Source: an uncultured delta proteobacterium (GTDB lineage Bacteria; Myxococcota_A; UBA9160; SMWR01). Taken from it: a stretch of DNA of 64,000 nucleotides. Position 1 is the stretch's first letter. Each line of letters begins with the position of its first letter. The stretch spans positions 480,001-544,000 of the forward strand of contig CAWHTE010000003.1 of assembly GCA_963832165.1 (NCBI GenBank), read 5' to 3'. The position numbers and the translations under genes were made by a program. Of this stretch, positions 47,069-58,451 are shown piece after piece. The notes below the pieces were generated by a model. The model made no database searches. It worked only from the letters and a program-made list of their open reading frames with translations, and had not been told where the DNA came from.

Positions 47069-48558
47069 TCAGCGCGCAGCCGGGCGTGTAGGCTTCCCAG
47101 CGCGCGACCTTCACGCGGCGTCCGGGCGGTAGCACTGCGTCGGATGCGGCGATCGCGTTCGCGGCGGCCGCGCGTTCGGGCGACCACGCGCTGTCCACGC
47201 GATCGAGCAGCTTCGCCAGGGGCTCCCCGGAGCGCGCCGCGACGACACGGATCCGCGCTTCGCGCACGCGCTTGCGATCGGACGCGAGAGAGCGCGCGGA
47301 AGCTCTCGACGACCTGCGTGAGCGGATCCCGGTAGCGCGTCCACTGCTCCTCGAGCGTGCTGCCGGACAGCTGATAGACGTTGCCGCCGTGCGCGACCCA
47401 GGCGAGCACGTGGTGGTAGCGCCTGGAGAACCCCTCGCGGCTCGTTGCGGTGACGCGCGCCGCCGCGAACCCGCCGATGCGCGTCGACTCGACGCGGTCA
47501 TCGATCTTGAAGCGAAGCGCTCTCGATCACGCGAGTGGCGACGGCCTTCGGGTCGTCGCCGGTCCCCGCGATCGACAGGGCCGCGAGCGCGTCGCCCGCC
47601 TCGGGAATGGCGACGACGCTTTCCGCACCGTTGTCGACGCGCCAATCCTTCGGGAATGCGACGCGCAGGTCGAGATCGGCGTGCAGGAATTCGCTCTCGA
47701 CCAACGTTCCGTTCGAGCCGGGATCTCCGACCAGGAGACCGTCCAGGTGCTCGTAGAAGTGGGCGGTGTCGAGAGCGATCGGCGCGATCTTGGCGACCTT
47801 CAGCGCGCCCGCGCGCTCGAGGGTCTGCCGCGATCGATCCGGCGTGGTCGGATGCGTGTCGAGGAAGCTGTGTTGGTCGGGGTCGCGACCCGCAAGCGCG
47901 GCGTCGCGCGACAACGCGTCCATGACCCGCGCCATCGCCGCGGGATCCCAGCCCGCGGCGGCCACGAGTCGCTGGCCGATCAGATCGGCCTCCTCCTCCT
48001 GGCCGCGGCTGTGGCTGGCGAGGTAGAGAGATCCCGGCGCGCTCCCGACCGCTCCCACGACGCGACCGATCTGTGGGCTGACGATGCCGGTGGCGATCGC
48101 ACCGATCCCGGCCGCCAGGCGCACGGGCACGAATGGCGCCTGGCGCAGCGAGTGATCCAGGTGGTGGCGTGCGGAGACGTGGCCGATCTCGTGGCCGATC
48201 ACGCTCGCGAGCTCGTCCTCGCTGTTGAGCAGCGCAAGCAGGCCGCGCGACACGTAGATGTAGCCGCCCGGCAGCGCGAACGCGTTCGGTGCCGGCATGT
48301 CGACGACCTGGACTCGATACGCGACATCGCGGCGCAGGTCCACGCCGTGCTCGACGAGGCGCTGTGCGATCGCGGTCACGTACGGCTCGAGCGCCGGTGT
48401 GCGCACGAGCCCGACCTGACTGCTCGATCTCCGCCGCCGCCTCGGCTGCCCAGCTTCGCTTCACCGCTGGACGAGGCGAGAAGCGCCGTTGTGCAACCGA
48501 GCACGGCGAGCGCGAGCAGCGAAACGCTCGCCGCCTGCAACGCGCGATGACGGCTCAT
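47069..48558 (-). CDS. M48 family metalloprotease lipoprotein; several frameshifts, 3' end approximate
   Basis: LGC lipobox; PNAFALPGGYIYVSRGLL, HEIGH, QEEEAD, FLDTHP; C-terminal RIRVV...AAANA in other frames. Confidence 0.8.
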
Positions 48559-48581
48559 CAGGACTCCGGAGCCCTACGCGC

Positions 48582-49293
48582 TCACTTCTTCTGCTGGACG
48601 CCCTGCGCCACGAAGAAGTCGCGCGCCCGCTCGCCCCAGTGATCGCAGATCGCCTCGACGTCGGCCCACTTCGAGAGCATCCGCAGGACGCCCTTCGTGC
48701 CCGCGCGCGAGTCGACGGCGGCGGCGAGCCGCTGGTTGGTGATCGCGTCGGTCGCCTCGAGTTCCGCGCTCGCGGCGCCCACGAGCGCCGCAGTATCGGT
48801 TCCGAGCCCTCCGAGCGTCGACACCAGCGCGCAGCTGCGGGATCACCGTCGTCACGGTGTTCATCGCGACGCGGGCGCCCTTTGCCTCGGTGAGCGCCAT
48901 GCGCAGCTTGATCACGCCGGGTCCCGGTTCCTTCACGATCTTGAACTTCTCGCCGAGCTTGTCGTTCATCGACTTGTAGAGCATGTCGGTGAGCACCTTC
49001 TGGTCCTTCGGATCGAGCTTCTTGGAGTCGTCCTTGACCCAGAGCGTGACCGATTCGAGGTAGATCGCGTTGTAGCGCGGCCAGGCCGCGCTCGGGTTGA
49101 CGTAGACCTCCTGCGCGTCGAAGCCCTCGCGCGGCGCGAGCTGGGAGTAGTTGCCGAGGAATCCCGAGCGTTCGGTCTCCTCGAAATGGCGCCCGCGTGT
49201 GGGCCGGAGGATCCCGCATCCGGCCGATACGAGGGCGAGCGAAACGAGAGCGATGATCGCGACCCTGCGGTGATTCCGTGCGTACGCACCCAT
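48582..49293 (-). CDS. DUF3313 family lipoprotein; frameshift near 48830
   Basis: AGGAGG RBS; lipobox SAGC; SGFLGNYSQL, PGPGVIKLRMALT, ELEATDAITNQRLAAAVD. Confidence 0.8.
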
Positions 49294-49353
49294 ACCGATT
49301 CCCTCCTGCTGGCTGCGCGCCATCATACCGGAGTCTTCGAGGCCCCGGTTCGG

Positions 49354-50124
49354 TCACCAGGGCATCAACGTGAACGCGGACGCATCCTCGACCTTGACGT
49401 CCTTGGGCGTGTTCGCGAGCAGCACGAGCTGATCGGCCCAGTCGTTCATCGATTCGCTCGCCTGTCCGTACCAGGTGACCGCTTCGAGATCCAGGACTCG
49501 CGTCTTGGCCGCCTCGCGATCGGCGAACATCGCCATCACGGCGCCGGTCTTCGCGTCGCGCACGCGCCCCTCGATCGCCATCCAGCCGTCGTCGGCGAAC
49601 GTGGCGAGCATCCCGACGGGCACGCCGACCGGCAGTGGCGCGGCCCAGGCGGCCAGCCCGATCGCACCGAGGAACGCCTTGTTGGGCACGAGCTGCGTGA
49701 CCGCGATTTCGAGGATCATCGTGTCGCCGCGCGGCTTGTCGACGACCGCAAAGCGGTTGTCCTTCGATTCGCTGAACTTCTCCTTCAACGTGTCCTGGAA
49801 TTCCTGGGCAACCTTCGCGAGGTCTTCCTTGATCCTGAATTGCCGCACGTTCGTCTTCGCCCAGCTGCTCTGCTGCTCGACGTATTCGGTGTTGACCGGA
49901 GCCACCAGGATGGAGCCGTAGTTGGTGGACGAATAGGCGGGATCGACCCACGCGCGATGGAACGGCGCACGCTCGCGGCTGTCGGTCATCTTGTTCGATT
50001 CTTCGAGAAACCCCGAATCGGGCGCGGGCTTCGCCTTGAGCACCTTGTTCGATGTCGCGCAGCCCGCGGCGAGCGCTGCCATCACGATTCCCGCGACCGC
50101 TATCGACGATCCTCGAAGGCGCAT
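49354..50124 (-). CDS. DUF3313 family lipoprotein (second paralog)
   Basis: GAGGAGG RBS; lipobox AAGC; DSGFL, IEGRVRDAKTG..MAMFADRE. Confidence 0.78.
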   Translation of the reverse strand: MRLRGSSIAVAGIVMAALAAGCATSNKVLKAKPAPDSGFLEESNKMTDSRERAPFHRAWVDPAYSSTNYGSILVAPVNTEYVEQQSSWAKTNVRQFRIKEDLAKVAQEFQDTLKEKFSESKDNRFAVVDKPRGDTMILEIAVTQLVPNKAFLGAIGLAAWAAPLPVGVPVGMLATFADDGWMAIEGRVRDAKTGAVMAMFADREAAKTRVLDLEAVTWYGQASESMNDWADQLVLLANTPKDVKVEDASAFTLMPW

Positions 50125-50161
50125 ATCAGTCCTCCTCGATTCTCGCGCGCATCCTACCGCA

Positions 50162-50939
50162 TCAGTCGAAGCTCGCGCGCACGTCCACGAGAAGCTGATC
50201 CATCGCGTCGATGCGGATCAGGCCGATCCTGGGGAATTCCAGATCGAGAATCAGGTAGACGCTCGCGGCCATCATCACCGCAAATCCGATCACGTGGAGC
50301 GAGGCTCGCGTCCGGGTCCCGGCCATGGCCGAGCCCGCGAACAGCGCGCCCAGCAGCGCGAGTGCAAACAACAACACGTAGATGATGACCGGCGGGTGCA
50401 TCCGCGTGGCCGCAGTGCGAGTCGTGACGATGTCGAACATCTCGTTCAGCGCCGGGAGCAACACGCTCGTCGCGGCCACCGTGGGCGACGAGCGGGCGGC
50501 GGCGACGGCTTCGCTCCAGATCCGCGCCTGGAGCACCTGGCTCTGGTCGAGCTCTGCCTTCGCGGCGGCGAGGTCCGGGAAGCTTGCGGTACGCCGCCAG
50601 CCGGGAATCGACGTACTGGCGGAACAGTTCGCGAAGGGCCGGTTGAGCGTCGGCCGGCAGCAGGTCGAGCCGCAGCCAGGCCGTCCCGATCGCATTCGCC
50701 TCGTCCACGATCTGCGCCCGCCGCACGTCGAGTCGCGTCGCGGCGCCCGAGAACGTGAACGCGATCAGGAGTCCGAGCAGCGCGAAGACCGCGCCCTCGA
50801 CGGCGCTCGTACCGGAGCGCGCGCCTTCCGGATCGCGCTGCAGCTGCCGGGCGCCCCAGCGCCGACCGAGTTCGAGGCATACGAGCAATCCCACGAACAG
50901 ACCGACGGCCGAAAGCGCCGCACCCATGAAGATCGTCAC
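50162..50939 (-). CDS. DUF4239/bestrophin-like membrane protein; frameshift near 50580
   Basis: LLGLLIAFTFSGA..R...R...V.EANAIGTAWLR, LILDLEFPRIGLIRI. Confidence 0.78.
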
Positions 50940-51042
50940 GGGAAATCCTTCTCCGGGAACAATGGCGTTGCCCCGAACTGCATCACGCGCAGACATTGGA
51001 CGACCCGCACCCGGCTGTGCAAGTGTCTTCACCGAAGCGACC

Positions 51043-52116
51043 ATGAAGCGCGTTCGTTCCACCGCAACAGCCGCGCTCCGGATCACCGGAAAGATCGCGC
51101 TCGCGCTCGCGATGGCGCTCGCCTCGGCCTGGTGCGTGCTCGCGATCTTGCGCGCGCCGGTTGGCGCGCCGCTCGTGCGCGAAGTGCTCGCAGCGCTGTT
51201 CGGCCTGATCGCGATAGGCGCCCTGGTCGGACTCTTCCTGCGGCGTTGGCGCTGGCGCGCACTGGGCGCGTTCCTCGCCGCGCTGATCGCCTTCGCGGTG
51301 GGCTGGAGTCGCATCCAGCCATCGAACGACCGTACGTGGCGCGCGGAAGAGGCGATGCAGGCCTACGCCGAGATCGACGGCGATCGCATCACCGTGCACA
51401 ACATCCGCAACTTCGAGTACCGCACCGAGACCGACTTCACGCCGGCCTACTACGACAAGACCTTCGACCTGCGCGAGCTCGACTCGGCCGACCTGATCGC
51501 GGTCTACTGGATGGGGCCCGACATCGCGCACATCATGTTGAGCTTCGGCTTCGCGGGTCGAGATTTCCTCGCAATCTCGATCGAGGCGCGCAAGGAACAG
51601 GGCGAGGGCTACTCGACGGTCGACGGCTTCTTCCGCCACTTCGAGCTCCACTACGTCGTGGCCGACGAGCGCGACGCGATCGGCGTGCGCGCGATCCATC
51701 GCAAGGATCCGCCTGAGGACGTGTACCTGTACCGGCTGCAGGGTCCGCCGGAAGCCGCGCGGCGCCTGTTCCTCGAGTACTTCCGCCAGATCAATTCACT
51801 GCGCGAGCGTCCGGAGTTCTACAACTCGCTCCTGACGAACTGCACGAGCACGATCTGGATGAACGCGCGGGTGAACCCCCGGCACGTACCGTTCTCCTGG
51901 AAGATCGTGCTCTCCGGGCACGTGCCCGAGTACATGTACGAGAAGGGACGCCTCGACACGAGCATGCCGTTCGAGGAGCTGCAGCGGCGAGGGCACATCA
52001 ATGCGCTCGCGCAACAGGCGGGTAGCGCGCCGGACTTCTCGCAGCAGATCCGGGTGGGACTGCCGGGCGTGAAGCCGGCAGCCCACACCGAGCTGGCGAA
52101 TCAGTTGACCGAGTAG
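51043..52116 (+). CDS. DUF4105 (Lnb-like) domain protein
   Basis: N-terminal TMs; HNIRNF.YR, AHIMLSFGF, SIEARKE, ADERD, FYNSLLTNCT. Confidence 0.85.
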   Translation: MKRVRSTATAALRITGKIALALAMALASAWCVLAILRAPVGAPLVREVLAALFGLIAIGALVGLFLRRWRWRALGAFLAALIAFAVGWSRIQPSNDRTWRAEEAMQAYAEIDGDRITVHNIRNFEYRTETDFTPAYYDKTFDLRELDSADLIAVYWMGPDIAHIMLSFGFAGRDFLAISIEARKEQGEGYSTVDGFFRHFELHYVVADERDAIGVRAIHRKDPPEDVYLYRLQGPPEAARRLFLEYFRQINSLRERPEFYNSLLTNCTSTIWMNARVNPRHVPFSWKIVLSGHVPEYMYEKGRLDTSMPFEELQRRGHINALAQQAGSAPDFSQQIRVGLPGVKPAAHTELANQLTE

Positions 52117-52574
52117 TTGCGAGCCTCGAGGCAGGTCTTCACGCCGCGGTCGTAGTTCGCGCGCTGTCCCTGCACGGCGGCTTCGTTCTGCGCCCGCTGC
52201 TGGTTCCGCGCGTACTCCGCGTCCCTGCGGCGTACCCCACCGACCACGGCGCCACCCGCGGCGCCGGCCGCGGCGCCCTTGCCGGCGTCACCGGCGACCG
52301 CGCCGACTACTGCGCCCGCAGCAGCTCCGCGCGCCGCGCCGCGCACCGCGTTGGGCTGCCGGCCGGTCGGCGGCGGCGGCTCCGTGGACACGCTCTGCAT
52401 CGGGTTGAAGCCGGTCTGCTGCACGGCCCACTCGTGGCACTCGTACTTGTCCTTCGACTGCTGCTCCGCAGATTGCTTGCCCTTCGGGTAGATCATCAGA
52501 TCTGCCGTGGCCGGTGCGCTGAAGAAGAGCGACAGGACGAGCGCGCTGCGAAGCAGGGCGTTGGAATCTCTCAT
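52101..52574 (-). CDS. Secreted glycine-zipper (YMGG-like) protein
   Basis: Signal peptide; YPKGKQS.EQQ.KDKYEC..WA, GAA.GAA.GA zipper, CLEARNYSV. Confidence 0.85.
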   Translation of the reverse strand: MRDSNALLRSALVLSLFFSAPATADLMIYPKGKQSAEQQSKDKYECHEWAVQQTGFNPMQSVSTEPPPPTGRQPNAVRGAARGAAAGAVVGAVAGDAGKGAAAGAAGGAVVGGVRRRDAEYARNQQRAQNEAAVQGQRANYDRGVKTCLEARNYSVN

Positions 52575-52676
52575 CTCGCGACCTCTGGGTTGGGGCGACG
52601 GGGCCGTCGACCCCGTTCGCGGTCTCTAGCTTAATCGATGGCTTCGATCTGCGTGCGCCGCTATCAAGGAAACTTC

Positions 52677-52695
52677 ACGCCCCCTTTGGGGGTGT
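52677..52695. promoter_or_regulatory. C/G-tract palindrome upstream of cax, candidate regulator site
   Basis: ACGCCCCC-TTT-GGGGGTGT, with a TATAAA -10-like hexamer about 20 nt downstream. Confidence 0.4.
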
Positions 52696-52760
52696 ACGCC
52701 GGGAACCGCTGCGGTGTATAAAGACCCACCAGATCGGGTTCGTGGCGCGTCTTCACGAGA

Positions 52761-53882
52761 TTGACGGAGAACGCACTGAGCGTGCTGATCCGCTCTTCGG
52801 CACTGTGGGCGATCGTGCTCGCGGGCGCTGCGTTCTGGATCGAGCACACGGCTCCGGAGCGCCACGTGCTGATCTTCCTCGCGGCTTGCGGTGCAATCGT
52901 CCCGCTCGCGGGTTGGCTCGGCCATTCCACGGAGCAGCTCGCGGACCGGGCCGGGGAGGGCCTCGGCGGATTCCTCAACGCAACGCTCGGGAATGCCGCC
53001 GAGCTGATCATCGCGGTGATCGCGTTGCGCCAGGGCCAGATCGACATCGTGAAGGCGTCGATCGCCGGCTCGATCATCGGCAACATCCTGCTCGTGCTGG
53101 GCGCGGCATTCCTGCTCGGCGGGCTGCGCTACCCGGTACAGCGCTTCGACCCGCTCGGCGGTCGCAACGCCGTGTCGACGCTCCTGGTCAGCTCGGTCGC
53201 GCTGGTGATCGTCGGCGTGTACAACGCGCTCGGCCGCACGTCCGAACGCGCCGCGGAAGTGAGCTCGATCGTGGATGAGCTCAGCCTGGCGATCGCGTTG
53301 ATCCTGTTGGTCGTCTACGGCCTGAATCTCCTGTTCTCGCTCGGGACACACCGCAAGTTCTTCGAAGGCGAGCGGCCGCCCGACGCCGCCGCCGCGCAGG
53401 CCGAGCCCCACGAGGCGCCGTGGAGCCTCGGGCAGATCCTCGCGGTGATGGGCGTGGCCACGGTGGGCATCGCCTGGATGAGCGAGATCATGGTCGGCTC
53501 CGTAACGGAAGCCGCCGACGCGCTCGGCATGTCGAAGGTCTTCGTCGGGGTGATCGTCGTGGCGCTGGTCGGCAATGCCGCCGAGCACAGCACGGCCGTG
53601 ATCGTGGCGCGCAAGAACCGCATGGACCTCGCATTCGGGATCGCGGTCGGCAGCAGCATCCAGATCGCGCTGTTCGTGGCGCCGCTCCTGGTGCTGCTCT
53701 CGTACGCGATCGCGCCGCAGCCGATGAACCTCGCCTTCACCTCCGGCGAGGGTCTGGCCGTGATCCTGGCCATCACCACCGTGTCACACCTGCTCGGCGA
53801 TGGCCGTTCCACCTGGTTCGAAGGGGCGCTGCTGCTGGCCGTCTACCTGATCCTGGCGCTCGCGTTCTACTTTCTTCCCTAG
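52761..53882 (+). CDS. cax: Ca2+/H+ antiporter (CAX/ChaA family)
   Basis: Two alpha repeats, NATLGNAAELII and VGNAAEH; GSSIQIALFVAP. Confidence 0.93.
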   Translation: MTENALSVLIRSSALWAIVLAGAAFWIEHTAPERHVLIFLAACGAIVPLAGWLGHSTEQLADRAGEGLGGFLNATLGNAAELIIAVIALRQGQIDIVKASIAGSIIGNILLVLGAAFLLGGLRYPVQRFDPLGGRNAVSTLLVSSVALVIVGVYNALGRTSERAAEVSSIVDELSLAIALILLVVYGLNLLFSLGTHRKFFEGERPPDAAAAQAEPHEAPWSLGQILAVMGVATVGIAWMSEIMVGSVTEAADALGMSKVFVGVIVVALVGNAAEHSTAVIVARKNRMDLAFGIAVGSSIQIALFVAPLLVLLSYAIAPQPMNLAFTSGEGLAVILAITTVSHLLGDGRSTWFEGALLLAVYLILALAFYFLP

Positions 53883-53894
53883 GACACCGCTTCC

Positions 53895-55184
53895 ATGTTC
53901 ACCGCCGATTGGGCCTTCCGCTTCGCCGTCGCGCTCGGGCTCGGCCTGCTGCTCGGGCTCGAGCGGGAGTGGGCGAAGGACGAGGACGAGTCCACGTTCG
54001 CCGGTATACGCACGTTCGCGATGATCACGCTGACGGGCGCGGTAGCCGCGTTCCTCCAGGATGAGCTGGGGCTGAACGGACTGGCGATCGGCGCGTTCGC
54101 CGCGATCGGCACGTTGATCGTGGTGTCGTATGCAGTGACCGCCGCAAAGGGCGAAGTCGGGATGACGACCGAGGTGTCGGCGCTGCTGGCCTTCGTCGTC
54201 GGCATGCTGTGCGGGTTCGGACAGGAAGGAGTGGCGAGCGCCGCAGCGGTGGCGTCGCTGCTCCTGCTCGCGCTCAAGGATTACCTGCACCGACTCGCGC
54301 GGCGCGTCGAGGTCGCCGACATCTACGCGACGCTCAAGTTCGCGCTGATCAGCCTGATCATCCTGCCGCTCCTGCCCAACGAGACGTTCGGGCCACCGCC
54401 GATCGATGTGATCAACCCGTACAAGATCTGGTGGATGGTCGTGCTGATCGCGGGGCTCAACTTCGTCGGCTACCTGCTCGTGAAGGTGCTCGGCAACGAG
54501 CACGGGATCGGCCTGACCGGTGTGCTCGGCGGCCTCGTCTCCAGCACCGCGGTGACGCTCAGCTTCTCGCAGCGCAGCCGCAAGGAGCCGGCGCAGGCGC
54601 AGGCGTTCGTGCTGGCGATCGTGCTCGCCTGGACGATCATGTTCGTGCGCGTCGTGGTCATGACCGCCATCGTGTACCGCCCGCTCGCAGCCCCACTCGG
54701 GGTTGCGCTCGGCATGATGACGATTGTCGGCATCGGGGTATCTCTGGTGCTCTGGCGACGCGGTCGATCGCGCTCGACCGGCACCGTCACGACCGGCGCC
54801 AACCCGTTCGAGCTCGGCGAGGCGATCAAGTTCGGGCTGCTGTTCGGGGTGGTGACGGTCGCCGCGAAGGCCGCCCAGGAATACTTCGGCGAAACCGGCC
54901 TCTATCTCGCGGGCGCCGTCGCGGGCCTCACCGACGTCGATGCGATCGCCCTCTCGATGGCGAACCTCGCCGCGACGAGCCCCGACAGCACCGCGGTGGC
55001 GGCGCGCACGATCGTGATCGCGGTGCTCGCGAACACCGCGACGAAGACCGCTATGGCGGCGTCGATGGGCGCACCCAAGCTGCGTCGGACGCTGCTATTC
55101 ACCACGGGTCTCTTGTTGGTCGCGGCCGTGATCGGCATCGTGCTCGCGAACCAGTCTCACACCCGCGATCTAGGAGGACTTCCC
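53895..55184 (+). CDS. MgtC/SapB plus DUF4010 membrane protein (reads in frame into PPK2)
   Basis: GLLLGLERE, AGIRTF, GMTTE, GGLVSSTAVT, NPFEL, GLTDVDAI. Confidence 0.88.
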
Positions 55185-56087
55185 ATGACGATTCGCCAGG
55201 ACCTGATCGATCGCTTCCGTGTACCGCCGGGCAAGAAGCTCAAGCTCAAGGACCACGATCCGGGCTGGGCGCAGACCAAGGAGATGAAGGAGCTCGGCAA
55301 GGACACCGTCAAGGAGCGCGCGCAGGCGATCCTCGCGGAGAACCTCGCCGAGCTCGCCCACGCTCAGGAGCTGCTCTACGCGAACGACGTCTACTCGGTG
55401 CTCGTCTGTCTCCAGGCGATGGACGCGGCGGGCAAGGACGGCACGATCAAGCACGTCATGACCGGCATGAACCCGCAGGGCGTGCAGGTATTCGCGTTCA
55501 AGGCGCCGTCGGCCGAGGAGCTCGATCACAACTTCCTGTGGCGCTACATGAAGGCGCTGCCCGAGCGCGGCCGGATCGGGATCTTCAACCGCTCGTACTA
55601 CGAAGACGTGCTCGTCGTGCGCGTCCATCCCGAGCTGCTCGAGCGGCAGAAGCTGCCTCCGGGCAAGCGCGGGGCCGGGTTCTGGAAGGATCGCTACGAG
55701 GACATCAACGCGTTCGAGCGCCATCTCGTCCGGAACGGAACGGTGGTCGTGAAGTTCTTCCTGAACGTCTCGAAGAAGGAGCAGAAGCAGCGCTTCCTCG
55801 AGCGTCTCGACAACCCGGAGAAGAACTGGAAGTTCTCGAGCGCGGATCTCGCCGAGCGGGGCCATTGGGACGATTACGTCGAGGCCTTCGAGGAAGCGCT
55901 CAGCGCCACGAGCACGGAGTGGGCGCCGTGGTACGTGGTTCCCGCCGACAACAAGTGGATCACGCGCGCGGTGGTCGCGGACCTCCTGTCGTCCGCGATC
56001 GAAGAGCTCGGGTTGGAAGCGCCGAAGGTGCCGAAGGACAAGAAGCGAGAGCTCGACGCTGCGCGCAAGAAGCTGCTTGCAGAGTAG
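55185..56087 (+). CDS. ppk2: Polyphosphate kinase 2 family protein
   Basis: AGGAGG RBS before ATG 55185; QAMDAAGKDG Walker A, FNRSYYE, KNWKFS, PWYVVPADNKW. Confidence 0.93.
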   Translation: MTIRQDLIDRFRVPPGKKLKLKDHDPGWAQTKEMKELGKDTVKERAQAILAENLAELAHAQELLYANDVYSVLVCLQAMDAAGKDGTIKHVMTGMNPQGVQVFAFKAPSAEELDHNFLWRYMKALPERGRIGIFNRSYYEDVLVVRVHPELLERQKLPPGKRGAGFWKDRYEDINAFERHLVRNGTVVVKFFLNVSKKEQKQRFLERLDNPEKNWKFSSADLAERGHWDDYVEAFEEALSATSTEWAPWYVVPADNKWITRAVVADLLSSAIEELGLEAPKVPKDKKRELDAARKKLLAE

Positions 56088-58441
56088 GCGAGCCCTGAGG
56101 AGGCGCGGGCTGATCCTGGTTCCGCTGCTCGCGCTCGCGCTGGGAAATACCTGCGCGACGTCGCCCGCGGAGCCGCCGCAGCTCGAGCTTCCCGAACCGC
56201 CTGAACGCGCGCTCGGCGCCAACGAGGCGGACGCCGTCCGGCGCGTCGTCGAGCGCCGCTGCATGGTGTGTCACGCCTGTTACGACGCGCCGTGTCAGCT
56301 CGTGCTCTCGAGCGCCGAGGGGCTCGCGCGCGGCGCCAACAAGGATCCCGTCTACGACGCCGCCCGTCTGCTCGCGGCCCCCCCGACGCGGCTCGGCATC
56401 GATGCACAAACCCCCGAACAGTGGCGCGAGCGCGGATTCTTTCCGGTCCACACCCATGGCTCCGATGGATCGCCGAGCCCGCTGCTCGGGATGCTCGCAC
56501 TCGGCGCGGTGCACGAGTTCGAGCCCGATCAACCGCTGCCCGCGGACTTCCCGCTCGCCAGGGATCGCGCGCTCCACTGTCCCCGCGCGGACGATTTTCC
56601 GGCGTATGCCGCGGGTCACCCGGACGGCGGCATGCCGTACGGGATGGCGCGCCTCAGCGACGAGGAATACCGGATCATCGGAGAATGGGCGGCGTCCGAT
56701 GCACCGACGCGTCCACCGCCGCCGCTGCCCGCCGACCTCGCCGCAGAGATCGCGGACTGGGAGCGCCTGCTGAACGAACCCTCGCTCGAGGCGCGCGTCG
56801 CGGCCCGCTATGCGTACGAGCACTGGGCGTTCGCTCACTTCTACTTCCCGAGCCATCCCGACGGTCCGTTCTTCGAGGTCGTGCGCTCGCGGACGCCGGC
56901 GCCCGAGCCGATCGACGTGATCGCGACGCGCCTTCCGTACGACGACCCCGGCGTCGATCGCTTCTGGTACCGGCTGCGCCGGGTCGACGCGGCGATCGTC
57001 CACAAGACCCACATCACCTACCGGCTCGGTCCCGAGCGGCTCGCGCGCTACCGCGAGCTGTTCCTCGCCGGCGACTGGAAGGCGACGCGCTTCCCGAGCT
57101 GGAAGCCGGAGAAGGCTTCGAATCCCTTCGTCGCGTTCGCGGAGATCCCCGCGCGCTCGCGCTACCAGTTCTTCCTCGACGACACGCTCTACTTCGTCCA
57201 GACCTTCATCCGCGGGCCGGTCTGTCACGGCAGCGCCGCGACCGACGTGATCAACGACCGCTTCTTCGTCGCGTTCCTCGACCCGGATCACGACCTCTCG
57301 GTCGTCGATCCGACGCTGCTGCGCGATGCGAAGGAATATCTGCGCCTGCCCGCGGAGGGCGGGGAGAACCTCGTGGGGAGCTGGCTGCGCTACGACCGCA
57401 GCCAGAAGCGCTGGCGCGATCGCCGCGCGGCCGGGTATCGCAAGTGGCTCGCGGGTCGCGCTCCCGATCTCGAGTTCATGTGGGATGGTGATGGGAAGCA
57501 CCCCGGCGCGCTGCTCACGGTGTTCCGGAACTACGACAACGCGATGGTAGTCGAGGGATGGTGGGGAGCCGATCCGAAGACCCTCTGGGTGATGGACTAT
57601 CCGATCTTCGAGCGCATCTACTACGACCTCGTCGCGGGCTTCGACGTGTTCGGCAACGTGGGCCACCAGCTCGGCGTGCGCCTCTACATGGACAACCTCC
57701 GCATGGAGTCTGAGGATCTGTTCCTGGTACTTCTGCCGGAGCCGATGCGCGAGCCGATCCGCGCGAGCTGGTACGTCGGCGCGACGATGCAGCTCAAGTA
57801 CACGCTCGTGAACAAGCTGCGCAGCCGCGGCATCGCGTCGGGCGTGCGCTACCGCACCAGCGATCCGAAGGCGGAGCTGATCGCGCTGATGCGCGAACGC
57901 GCCGCCGCGGTCGCGGGCCCGCCGGACGAGATCAATCGCTGCACGGATTCGGACTGCGAGCGCGCCGAATGTGACTTCGGTGCAGCGCCGCGCCGATCGC
58001 GCGTTCCGTCGGCTCTCGGCCGCGAAGGGCCGCTTCGCGGAGCACCTGCCCGAGATCTCCCTCGTGCGCGTCGGAGGTGCCGGCCGCGATGCCGCCGCCT
58101 ACACGTTGGTGCACGACCGCGAGCACACCAACGTGGCCGCGATCTTCCGCGAGGAGGCGCGGCTCGAGCCCGATGAAGACCGGATCACGATCCTCGCGGG
58201 GATCGCCGGCAGCTATCCGAATTTCGCGTTCGACGTGGCGACCGACGAGGTCGAGGCCTTCGTCGATGCGCTGCTCGCGATGGCCGCGCCGCAAGATCTC
58301 GGCTCCGTTGCGTCGCGCTGGGGCGTGCGCCGCACGAGCCCGCGCTTCTGGCCGGCGCTCGACTGGTTCCAGGATCGGCTCATCGACCAGGGTCGCCGCG
58401 AGGCGGGCGTGCTCGACTGGAACCGCTACGAGAACTGGTGA
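56077..58441 (+). CDS. cti: Fatty acid cis/trans isomerase; frameshift near 57970
   Basis: RCMVCHACYDAPCQL heme motif, RGANK..VY, YEHW, FIRGPVC, ERIYY.LVAGFDVFGN, LDWNRYEN. Start uncertain. Confidence 0.9.
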
Positions 58442-58451
58442 GGAGGACTGC

